DNA of 54,619 bases, counting the filler, from Squatina squatina (lineage: Eukaryota), in the NCBI GenBank assembly GCA_031763465.1. It is 4 parts of 4 records of this genome, joined end to end, with 100 filler letters (N's around TTAATTAATTAA, not from the genome) between each part and the next. Parts side by side here need not be neighbours in the genome. Positions count along the whole stretch, not along the records: positions 25,169 to 40,855 come from JARFOE010000080.1; 3 more parts are not named here. One strand, 5' to 3'. The position numbers and the translations under genes were made by a program. Shown in pieces: positions 25,309 through 35,576 of this stretch (within the stretch, counting starts at the first letter, position 1; each line of letters starts with the position of its first letter). Below the pieces are notes generated by a model. The model saw nothing but the letters and a program-made list of their open reading frames with translations, did no database searches and was not told the DNA's origin.

Positions 25309-26624
25309 GTGAGTTACAACAGCAGTTTTTAATATATGGCTGTTAAGTCTTTCATTGCCTACTGATCTGATATTTCACTGTAGCGAAAGTGGATACAATG
25401 ATATTGATCCTTTCATAACATCTGGAAATTTTGTCAAATGAGGATGATTTTTTAAAAGTTAACCTAAAAAAAAATGAAAATTGCTTCACAATTATTATTT
25501 GTGCCTTTTCAATTGTGCTGTTAGGACAATAAATTTAACATTACAAGCATGGTTACATATGTAACACAATAGAATATGATTATATCTTCAACATTAATTT
25601 TATTTTTAATGCAAGCTGGAAAACACAGTATTTTTAATTAATTTTGATTGCTGTGTTTTCCTCTACCGTTTTCTCAATATCATACATTTTCATTGTTTTA
25701 GAGTATCAGTATAAATGTTATACATTTTCACATACGTATAATTAAAACATTTTACTCAGAGTCCTGATTTGATTAGGACAATAGCTGCAGATATTTTCAC
25801 TGGCAAAAAACATGTAGGTGTAAGAGTTAAGGTGACTATTTGGCAGATTAGGTTGATAATTTAGCCCTGTAAAGGAGACAGACAATCCTGTAAAGGAGAC
25901 AAACAGATGATACATAACATTTGTTTTATGAATATAAAATGAGTGAAATCAGGTGAAAGAAGTTGCATGTGAGAAACTGACAAACGAAAGATTCACTAGC
26001 ATTTNNNNNNNNNNNNNNNNNNNNNNNNNNNNNNNNNNNNNNNNNNNNNNNNNNNNNNNNNNNNNNNNNNNNNNNNNNNNNNNNNNNNNNNNNNNNNNNN
26101 NNNNNNNNNNNNNNNNNNNNNNNNNNNNNNNNNNNNNNNNNNTCCGATACCGGCAATAAAGCATAACCTGTTGTGAAGTGAAGATATTTGTTAGAGTGGG
26201 ATGACATGATAATGCATTTGCTGTTCACGAGCAAGATTGCAATTCTTTTAGCAAAGTGCAGTGCATGGTGTTTACTCCACAGTGTAACGCAATAATTTAT
26301 ATTCATGGATTTGAGCTATGAAAGGCTGCTAAGGAGCTTAAAAACCAGTTAATGGAAGACTTGTACTGAGAACCAAACAGTGATTGATTAATTAATTTAT
26401 TAATCAATTAAATTTTTATGGTTACAATATACTGTAATAAAATGTATACAGTGGCATCCTTCAGTTTGCTCACTTATGCCGTACATTGCTCACATTGCTG
26501 AAGCTTCACATAGTTTTAGAACAAAGTTCTGGAGAAAAATGTATTCAGTATTATACGTTATAGCTGCTTTGTATAGATTGAGCTCTGTAACAAAAAAATA
26601 ACGTTGTAACTCTTTTTTACATAG

Positions 26625-26934
26625 ACCACCAAACGATAGTGACAGAGAACGTAGAGAGAGGGAACGGGAAAGACGATTAAGGGAAAAGGAACGAGAACGA
26701 GAGCGACAGAGGCGACGTGAGGATGAGCGCAGAAAGCAAAAAGAGCGTTATGAAGTAGAGAGGGCTATGAGAACAAAAGAAGAAGAAGCAAAAAGAGGGA
26801 AGGAACATGGACAGGAAAGAGAAAAGAAGGGAGACAACCTGAGCTACATGTTCAGTACTGAGAAAATAGACAAACTGGGTAAAGAAGACAAAAATGATGA
26901 CATGGGATCTAAAAGGGAGCGGATAAGGAATAAG
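26625..26934 (+). CDS. UPF3A: UPF3 penultimate exon (R/E-rich coiled coil and first half of the EJC-binding motif)
   Basis: Acceptor ttttttacatag|A. Reads PPNDSDRERRERERERRLREKERERERQRRREDERRKQKERYE...KRERIRNK. Donor AAG|GTACCG. 310 nt, phases consistent with both neighbours. Confidence 0.9.
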
Positions 26935-28493
26935 GTACCGGTCACCATTTTTTCAAGCTACTATGGTGTTGGCAACATTAATTGGAGCGGATATTCAAGC
27001 CCCATGTTCTAAAATACTGAAAATTAACAACACACACAAAAATTAGATGTCAAATATATTTTGAAGCAAGGACAAAATCTAGCATTGACAGGTATTGTGT
27101 TGTACTTTTTCAATACACTGTATCTTTTTAAAAGTACTACATTAAAACAATTCTTATTTAAGAGAGGGTAAAAATTCTGTTCTTCACATGTTTTTTTTTG
27201 TTTTACTATGTTCAGTTTATTTTAAACATTGGCTTAAAAATTGCTAATCTTCCAGAAATGGAGTCGTCATTTCAAAAGTTAATAAAAAACTGAAATAATT
27301 TTACAAGTAGCATTTTGTGAAGGTACATGCCTATTGAAAGGTTTATTTTACTTGGAGAAGCTGACATAGGGAGCAGAGTGGAATCCTATTGTCCCAATGC
27401 CGTTGATATTTCTGATATTTAAGCTGCATGAAGTCAGCATTTTCAGTTCAGGAGTATTTATTAAAATAATCAGTTTCTGAAAAATGATGGGAAACATCAA
27501 GTGTTTAAAATATAACATTTAAATATTTATTACAGCACAAGGACGTGAAACATTTAATAATTCACTGTCAAGGGTGAAACTCACAACTCCATCACTTTGC
27601 AACATCTGGGGTCAGCAACACCATTGGAAAATTAAAGTGGTATTAAACTCAATGATAGAGCCAGTGAGGTGGGGGGAGGAGGGGGGTGGCATGGGGTGTG
27701 GTCAGAGAGATCATGACTCCCCCAATCGTTTTGAGGTTGGCTGACCTGGTTTTGGGGGACACAGGAACCTCAGTTGTCTGTCTCTGGCCTCTAGGTTTGG
27801 TCTCTTGGCCCGAGCACTGGGTATTATCAGCAGTCCCCAGCCCCCAGCTCTGCCCCCCTTCCTGCCAAGTCACTCAAATCTTGAGTTTCAACCCCCTCCC
27901 CTCCCTCACCACTGAACACACTCCCCAAACACAGGCACATTGTACACCCTCCCGAGCTCAGAGAGTGCCTGCCAGCGAAGATCCTCATGACAAATGCAAG
28001 CTCATTTATTATCACTCAGGTACAGTCATCGTCACTGCCTCTCCCTCTTTATGCAAAANNNNNNNNNNNNNNNNNNNNNNNNNNNNNNNNNNNNNNNNNN
28101 NNNNNNNNNNNNNNNNNNNNNNNNNNNNNNNNNNNNNNNNNNNNNNNNNNNNNNNNNNGCACTTCACTGCTGCAAAAACACTGAAAATTGAAATTGGGAA
28201 AAATAGTTTCATGTTGATATTCTTTTTATAGACTAAATAACTGGTAATTTAGCCTTCAGATCAATAGATGACTTCAACAAAATATAATTTTGATGACTCT
28301 GCTAGTAGTTCAGTTTATTCAGTAAAAAATATGCATGAAAGAACCATCTGATGGAGTTTCTCATGTTCCCATCCTTGAGATTACATTGTTACACTGTATA
28401 GAAATGCAATCATGCAGTGCTTATAAAACATGTATCTCAATACAGCCACATGGGTTTTGCACAGTACCACTTTTTCTGGTTTTGGTTGTACAG

Positions 28494-28664
28494 GACCGTC
28501 CAGCTATGCAGTTGTACCAACCTGGAGCACGTTGCCGAACTCGTCTAGGATCTGGTGGAAAAACATATGACTGTTGCAATAAATCCTCTGAAGACAGCAT
28601 GGAGAGAAAGTATGAAGATGATAGTTCTGTCGGAGCTGGTTCAGAGAAGAGTTGTGAAGAATGA
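28494..28664 (+). CDS. UPF3A: UPF3 last coding exon
   Basis: Acceptor ttgtacag|. Reads DRPAMQLYQPGARCRTRLGSGGK...SVGAGSEKSCEE*, and splicing yields the UPF3 motif RIRNKDRPAMQLYQPGAR. The A-paralog call rests on CHAMP1 synteny and the C-terminal resemblance. Confidence 0.88.
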   Translation, partial: DRPAMQLYQPGARCRTRLGSGGKTYDCCNKSSEDSMERKYEDDSSVGAGSEKSCEE

Positions 28665-28994
28665 AAGGGCACCAATTACGGCGATCAACTGAGCAGAACA
28701 CTTACTACAGCACGAAGACAGATATNNNNNNNNNNNNNNNNNNNNNNNNNNNNNNNNNNNNNNNNNNNNNNNNNNNNNNNNNNNNNNNNNNNNNNNNNNN
28801 NNNNNNNNNNNNNNNNNNNNNNNNNGGTCCGAGAGCTGAGAGCTCAGTGCAAACTCCAAACTATTCCAGAGGACCTAGACCTGTGAACTATGCAGGGAAC
28901 AATTTGCAAAATTTAAATAAAAGAACACTCAGAGGACTAAAGGAAGACTTCCAGGTACTATAGTGTGGTAAACTATTTCAGACATAGAAACACG

Positions 28995-31106
28995 ATGGAT
29001 CTACAAATAACTGAGATACATAAAAAGGAGATTACAAGACAGAATGAAGAAGGTGGTGTTGAATTTAATACTAAGGAGAAATTGGAAACAAAAAGTCAAC
29101 TAAATAACACTTCTGTATATTTAACTTGTGTACATTGTGATTTCAAGTATATTGATCATGAAACTTTGGAAACACACCTTGGTTCCATTCACCCCGAATT
29201 CTCTGATTTAACAAATATTGTTGTTTATCAGAAAAGTGCCAAATTGTTTCACTGTCAGCTGTGTTTCTTCACAAACAAGGTGTACAGTAATGTTTACAGT
29301 CATGTTGCAGTACAGCACCCAAAGTTAAGCAAGAATGAAGAAGCTTCCCAAACAAAAGAGCCCCGTGAAACTAGTAAACAGCTACGAGCTACAAAGAGAA
29401 AATTAAAAGAATCCAAAGTGATTGAGGAAAAAAAATCTATAAAAAAGGGAAGAAGGGGGCGTAAAAAACGTACAGAAACAGCTTCAAGCACAGTTGAAAT
29501 ACAACCTATAAAACATACAGAAACAAGTTCAAGCACAATTGAAGTACAACCTATTAAGAGGAAACCTGGAAGACCAAAACGTAAAGTAGAAGAACCCAAA
29601 AGTAAAAGTGTTGATTTCAACTGTGAAAAATGTGGTACTCGGTTCAATACTCTTGATGAGCTAAATGTCCATAACTGTCAGAAGAAAAAACAGAAGGATG
29701 CCAATGCTTCACCGTTCAAGTTTGAGTATTGTGATTATAGTGACAAGTACCCAAGTCAACATAATTCCACCCGTAAACCAACAGTTTCAAATAATCCGAA
29801 AGAACCAGCAGTTTCGCATAAATCTGAAAAGCCAACAGTTTTGAATAATCCTGAAAAACAGGTGATTTCAAATAATCCTGCAGAATTGACGGGTTCAAAT
29901 AATCCCAAAAAGCCGACAGTTTCAAATGATCCTGAAGAGTCTTCTGAAGAAAAAGATTATGCAAAAAGTTTACAAGAACATGTTAAGTATGTCAGAGGAA
30001 CCTTTTACTGTAGTTCCTGTAAATTCCATTGTAAAAGTAAAAGTAGTGCTCTATATCATGTTGTAAGGGTACACGATAAGCCTTATCCTTATCAATGTGG
30101 TGAATGTGGAAGATGTTTTGTTATGGACAAGGAGCTTAAAAGGCACATGTCTGTTCANNNNNNNNNNNNNNNNNNNNNNNNNNNNNNNNNNNNNNNNNNN
30201 NNNNNNNNNNNNNNNNNNNNNNNNNNNNNNNNNNNNNNNNNNNNNNNNNNNNNNNNNATTGGTACAAATAAGCAGCAGAATGCAGATCAAGAGAGAAAGT
30301 TAATTAGTTCAGAATCACCTTTAGTCCAGCCCCACAGTTCACGTAAGGAAGAAGTGCAGCTGCATGGGAATTCTTTTGCAAAAATGGAATCCTCAGAAGC
30401 TGTGATGCTCGCAGAAGCAGGAAAAAAATATTTACAACTGAATGCTGATAAGATTCAGGCTCCAAAGTTGCAACTTCTGGAACCTGCAGTGTGTGTGCTG
30501 GCTCATCAACAGGATTCTGCATCTTTAGAGGATAACCTTTTATCTTGTCAGGAATGTGGAAAAAGGTTTGAAGAGCAAGACATGTACCAAAAGCACAAAC
30601 TTCTCCATGCTGTACAAAAACCACTCACCTGTGAATTCACCCATGATGATGTAGCAACCCTGAATGATGACATGGAAAAAAATCATGCAGAAAGAAAAAC
30701 CTTCGACTGTGATGCCTGCAATATCAAGTATCCGAGTGAAGAGGATTTACAGCATCACCTGAATATTCATAAACCAAATGCTGAAGGCAAAACTTTTAAC
30801 TGTGAGATCTGCAGCACCAGGTTTGAGAAACAAGTTGATCTGCATGATCACCTAAAAATTCACAAAAAAAATATTTCAAAGGCTAATCAATCTAATGTGA
30901 CTGATAACCGAACACTTTACAAATGTCATTACTGCCCTTACAGCACTTACCTGTTTGTAAATTACATAGGACATGTTAGGATAGCTCACACAAAAGATTT
31001 TCCCATTCACTGCTCATTTTGCGGAGATGGATTTCAGCTTCCAGCTGAGCTAAAAAAACATAAATGTCAAGGTAGCAATCTCCTATCTAATCAGGGTAAT
31101 AAGTAG
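28995..31106 (+). CDS. CHAMP1: CHAMP1 (ZNF828)-like C2H2 zinc-finger protein, single coding exon, gap at 30158-30257
   Basis: ATG in good Kozak context (acgATGG) with an upstream in-frame TAA at 28938. CVHCDF....LETHLGSIHPEF..YQKSAKLFHCQLCFFTNKVYSNVYSH matches the CHAMP1 N-terminal fingers, and RGTFYCSSC...ALYHVVRVH..PYQCGECGRCF matches its C-terminal fingers. Lies downstream of UPF3A, as in tetrapods. Confidence 0.85.
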   Translation: MDLQITEIHKKEITRQNEEGGVEFNTKEKLETKSQLNNTSVYLTCVHCDFKYIDHETLETHLGSIHPEFSDLTNIVVYQKSAKLFHCQLCFFTNKVYSNVYSHVAVQHPKLSKNEEASQTKEPRETSKQLRATKRKLKESKVIEEKKSIKKGRRGRKKRTETASSTVEIQPIKHTETSSSTIEVQPIKRKPGRPKRKVEEPKSKSVDFNCEKCGTRFNTLDELNVHNCQKKKQKDANASPFKFEYCDYSDKYPSQHNSTRKPTVSNNPKEPAVSHKSEKPTVLNNPEKQVISNNPAELTGSNNPKKPTVSNDPEESSEEKDYAKSLQEHVKYVRGTFYCSSCKFHCKSKSSALYHVVRVHDKPYPYQCGECGRCFVMDKELKRHMSVXXXXXXXXXXXXXXXXXXXXXXXXXXXXXXXXXXIGTNKQQNADQERKLISSESPLVQPHSSRKEEVQLHGNSFAKMESSEAVMLAEAGKKYLQLNADKIQAPKLQLLEPAVCVLAHQQDSASLEDNLLSCQECGKRFEEQDMYQKHKLLHAVQKPLTCEFTHDDVATLNDDMEKNHAERKTFDCDACNIKYPSEEDLQHHLNIHKPNAEGKTFNCEICSTRFEKQVDLHDHLKIHKKNISKANQSNVTDNRTLYKCHYCPYSTYLFVNYIGHVRIAHTKDFPIHCSFCGDGFQLPAELKKHKCQGSNLLSNQGNK
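29472..29561 (+). repeat. Coding 45-bp tandem duplication
   Basis: TETASSTVEIQPIKH / TETSSSTIEVQPIKR, lying between two basic motifs (KKGRRGRKKR and KRKPGRPKRK). Confidence 0.85.
29775..29936 (+). repeat. Coding 27-bp minisatellite (6 x 9 aa)
   Basis: KPTVSNNPK EPAVSHKSE KPTVLNNPE KQVISNNPA ELTGSNNPK KPTVSNDPE. Confidence 0.85.
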
Positions 31107-32049
31107 AGTAATATAAAAATGTTCAAATGGAAAGGTGTTCCCATTCCCAGCACTACTATCATCATCTTCATATACATAAACAATCTCTACTAAATTTCTT
31201 TAGTTTAAGAATGCAATCTGGGCAAGGAACAAATGGTAGTTGAGAGCAGTGTCCAAATCTGGATTGCCAGTCCTCTCAAGTCTTATAGGATCACAGGGCT
31301 GTGACGCAAATAAACCTTGTAAAGGTTTAAAAATACGCTCTTCATTTACCGGGACGTTTTGTTTCTTTTACACAACCTGAAGCAATTGAAAACACGGGAA
31401 TATATTTTCCTCTTGTTGCTAAGGGAAACAAGTAATTTACTGCAAGTAAAATAATAGCATTCTCCAACTCTGACTAGCACTGACTTTTGTGCATATTAGC
31501 AACTGGAGGAACATATACTCCATTTTGTCAGTTGTTTATAAAGTTCTGTATGCATTGCTGGACTTATGAGGCTCTTAACCCAGTGCATCCTACCAATTTA
31601 ATTGTCTTTCAACTCCTGAGCATTTATGAATGGAGGTTTTTTCAATTAATTTCTTACATAAAATGTGTTCTTACTCTTTCTTTGTGTTTTCTTTCTCTCT
31701 CTCTTAATCCAATCGTTCTTTCTTTCTCTTTCCGGGCCTGATTTGACTGCAGTTCACCCGATTTCCTTCTCAGTCGTTCCTCTGTTTGTTTCTCAATCCT
31801 TCAAACTCACCGGTTAAGGAGATGGACTGATGGTCCCGTCGCTCACTGAGGTCCCAGACACCAGCTCATACCTCCAGCAATTTGCGGCGCAGAGTTAATT
31901 GGGGCTGAAGGAGTGAAACACCAGATGCAGCTCTCAGCCCCAACTCCATCTCCAGCAAATCCAAGGCCAGTGTGTCGCTAATACAGAAGGTCACCCAATA
32001 ATAATAACAGAGCCTTTTGCCCTCAACAAACCAAAGTAAGAACAAACCT

Positions 32050-32189
32050 AAATGTAATATCTCCAAGTTTGCGGACGACACAAAGCTGGGTGGGAGTGTG
32101 AGCTGTGAGGATGATGCAGAGAGGCTCCAGTGTGATTTGGACAGGTTGAGTGAGTGGGCAAATGCATGGCAGATGCAGTATAATGTGGA
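32050..32189 (+). mobile_element. CR1 RT fragment
   Basis: KCNISKFADDTKLGGSVSCEDDAERLQCDLDRLSEWANAWQMQYNV. Confidence 0.9.
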
Positions 32190-32289
32190 NNNNNNNNNNN
32201 NNNNNNNNNNNNNNNNNNNNNNNNNNNNNNNNNNNNNNNNNNNNNNNNNNNNNNNNNNNNNNNNNNNNNNNNNNNNNNNNNNNNNNNNN

Positions 32290-32685
32290 TACCGCCAGGC
32301 TTTTAAAATTCTCATCCTTGTGTACTAATCCCTCCATGGCCTTGCACCTCCACATCTCTGTAACCTCCATCAACACTACAACTCTCTGAACTCAGTGTTC
32401 TTCCAACTCTGGCCTCTTGTGCATCCCCGATTTCTTTCGCTTCACAATTGGCAACAGTGCCTTCAGCTGTCTGAGACCTAAGTTCTGGACTTACCTCCCT
32501 AAACCTCGCCTCCTCTGTTTCTTCCTTAAAACTGACCTCTTTGAACAAGCTTTTGGTCACCTGTCCCAATGTCCCAGAGTCTTTGGCTCTGTGTCAATTT
32601 TCTGTCTGATTAAGCTTCTGTGAAACATCTTGGGATGTTTTACTACATTAAAGGTGCAATATAAACACAAGTTGTTATTGTTGTA
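32290..32685 (+). mobile_element. L2-clade LINE 3' end
   Basis: FKILILVY-like and AFSC..PKFW..LP motifs, then a 3'UTR (tgtgaaacatcttgggatgttttactacattaaaggtgcaatataa) and a (TTG)n-like tail. Confidence 0.75.
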
Positions 32686-32798
32686 AAGGAAGCCATCTCA
32701 TTTACAAGATCCTTCTTTAAGTTACCTCATGAAGGGCAAAAAATAGGTTTTATTTTCATTTAAAAAAACAAGAAACAATCCATCATTCAAAGAGATCT

Positions 32799-33272
32799 GG
32801 GCCCAATTCGTCTGGAAAAGTTGGCACCAATTGGGCGCAAAAAGGGCGTTAGGGCTCTAACGCCCACTGGTGGCAAGAAGTGGCTGGAACGAGGGATTCA
32901 ACTAGCGTGTATACCGGCATCAACCTGGCGTTGGAGACTGGGCACCGGCGGCAGGGGTGCAGGGTGGTGATGACGTCATCAGCCTGTGCGCCGCCGAGTG
33001 TGCCCCTGATGTAAAAAGGGGACGCTGCCCACACTAAGTTTTTTGAGCGCAGAGACCCTGCATATGTCTTGAGATGGCGCTACTTAAAGGGGCCTGGATG
33101 TCGGCCATTTTAAGTCGCCAACTTTTTCCGCGCTTGTTGGAGTGCAGCCAACTTCAGTTCCTGACTCAGAGCACTTTGTTTGACACTATACGACCTTGGT
33201 CTTGCCAGTGCAGGTGATAAAAAACTGATAGGTAACATGCCATTTGTTGCAATGGGTGCAGCCCTTGCTATC
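32799..33272. mobile_element. Harbinger-family left end
   Basis: Begins GGGCCCAATTCG, followed by a GC-rich subterminal region with gatgacgtcatc. Runs into an N gap. Confidence 0.6.
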
Positions 33273-35410
33273 NNNNNNNNNNNNNNNNNNNNNNNNNNNN
33301 NNNNNNNNNNNNNNNNNNNNNNNNNNNNNNNNNNNNNNNNNNNNNNNNNNNNNNNNNNNNNNNNNNNNNNNNTAAACTCAAGCGAATACAGGCCTAGGTC
33401 GACCCAATCTCTCCTCAGATGACAGAAATAAGAAATAAAATACAAAGTTATCTGTTGGAAGTCTGGCTTTTGTTTTATGAAATATTTGAAAACCACAGTC
33501 TCTGTTTAGAATGTCAGGAGGAAATGTGTTCAGCTAAACATTGCAAATATGAACCCTTCTGGCAAAGGCAAACTTGATGTGAAGCAGAAAATAATCTGGA
33601 ATGTTCAGCAAGTTTACTTTAATGTCAAGTTAGAGCAAAGGGCGTGGGAAAGGCACACATGATTTAATAGACTACTCTGTATGAGACAAGTTCTATAATC
33701 AAGGAAGCAGATATACTAACTCAGTAAAATTCACTGAAATGGCAGCACCATTTGTGTCGTTTCTTTAATGATTCAGGAGGGATAACATTTCTTTTGAAGT
33801 TTTAAAGCAATATTCCAAGACTATTTTCAAAGGAAAATGTTAAACTCGTTTGTTAAATCTCTGAACAACTTCATTCCAAAAAAGTTAAACTTCAATGTCA
33901 AATATTATTACATATTATTTAAATATAACTTAATATAGCTGTCCATATTTTAAACACTGCCCTCCCCCAAAAGACAAAAATCTCCCACATACCTCTGTTA
34001 ACAAAAAAAATGATTAGGTTATATTCAGATAAATTTCAGGACATTAATTGAACAGATATCTGCTGATTTGACCTGATTCACATCTACCGAATTTTATGAA
34101 TGTTGGAGTCCTGGGCCAGTCGTCTAGTAGTAATAATATTACATATACACACCTTTTGAACAAAAGGTTGTAAATATAATATTGGTAGACGATTATGATC
34201 AGGCTGAAACTAGCAGTTGGATTTATGTACAAGTAGTATCATTACATGGAAGCAGAAGACATGCAAGTAACTAGAAAGTACAAGATCACTCCCAGGGAGT
34301 TTTAACTTCTCCCAGTGTGCAAATTGCATGTATTATTGTTAATTAAACATGAATGCAGGCAACAATACAATTGTAGGGAACTGGTTAGGCCAGAAGGTGC
34401 CCTGCTATTGTCAATATGTTGGACAGTTTTATATGTTGATTTTCTTCCCCAACAGTGAGATAGAAGAACTCTTTTGATAATAACAATTTTGTTTGGCCCA
34501 ACTGGCAACATGGATCCACGATGGTGGCAGGCATGCATCACAAAATTGAGCGGCTTTCCATGCCTGATTTGTAGTATGCCAAATTTTGGCTCCAATTAGA
34601 TCCTTCACACAGCAGAAGAGCAGTGATACAATGAGGCAATGCCACCACTGGAGTTACTGTTGACGATACCATATGTTTCTACTGATTGGACCACCCATGA
34701 GGGGTGCTGTTGTACAGTCCAGCCATGGCAAATAAGGTCATCACCATGAATGACGTACTTCATAATTTAAAAATCAGAGGTGTGAATATGCAGTAGGTTG
34801 AGGAGGATCAAAGGCCTGCATTTCCCCAGGGAGAAACCTACATAGAGGGAGTTGACTTGCAAGGAGGCAAAACTCCCTGATTGCCAACTACTTTCAGTGA
34901 AGGATTCAGTTTGCCATTGTGCAGTTGTAGTTTGGCATTTAAAATAAAGTGTTGTAAGATCTATGAAAATGGCACACTTTCCATCCACTGGACCCAAATT
35001 GCTCTGATTCTGCCCATACTATTACTTGAAATATTTTTGGCTACCATACCCCAGAAACCCACCCCATAATAACAAGAAATAAAATGGCATGAATTTATTG
35101 GGTGCTTTTCACATAATTTCTCTATGTCATATGAGTGTGCTTACCTTGGTGTCCCTATAATGTACTGCAAGGTATACTCAATCTAACTCGGTGATGAAGT
35201 GCTGCTTCAGCAAAATGAGCAACTGTGGTGGCAGGGTAGTGTGAAGAGCTGCATCCCTGTTGGGATGGTTGTGAGCTTGATGGTGAATTTTGCCTACAGG
35301 ATGCAAACGGAACGCCGAGGTTGTTGCGGCTGCACGGTGCGGGTCGGCATGCGTCTTGATGATGTCACGCACCGACCCACCACGAAATTCAGCTGGGCAG
35401 GCGCAAAGGC

Positions 35411-35576
35411 CTCTATCCTTGGCCCCCTCCTGTTTCTCATCTACATGTTGCCCCTTGGAGACATCATCTGAAATCACAGCGTCAGTTTCCACATGTACGC
35501 TGATGACACCCAGCTCTACCTCACCAGCACTTCTCTCGGCCCCTCCACTCTCTCTAAATTGTCAGACTGCACGTCT
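35411..35576 (+). mobile_element. L2-clade RT fragment
   Basis: [36 protein letters not shown]. Confidence 0.88.

Noticed and set aside
25866-25905. 21-bp tandem duplication in a UPF3A intron
   Set aside because: An ordinary local duplication with no sign of function.
25169-28664. Calling the gene UPF3B and the ankyrin gene SOWAHD
   Set aside because: The neighbour is CHAMP1, no RPL39 exons are seen, and the SOWAH C-terminus is of the SOWAHC type.
28662-28995. CHAMP1 ATG only ~330 nt after the UPF3A stop (bicistronic or readthrough arrangement)
   Set aside because: A 100-N gap of unknown size (28726-28825) lies between them, so the true distance is unknown.
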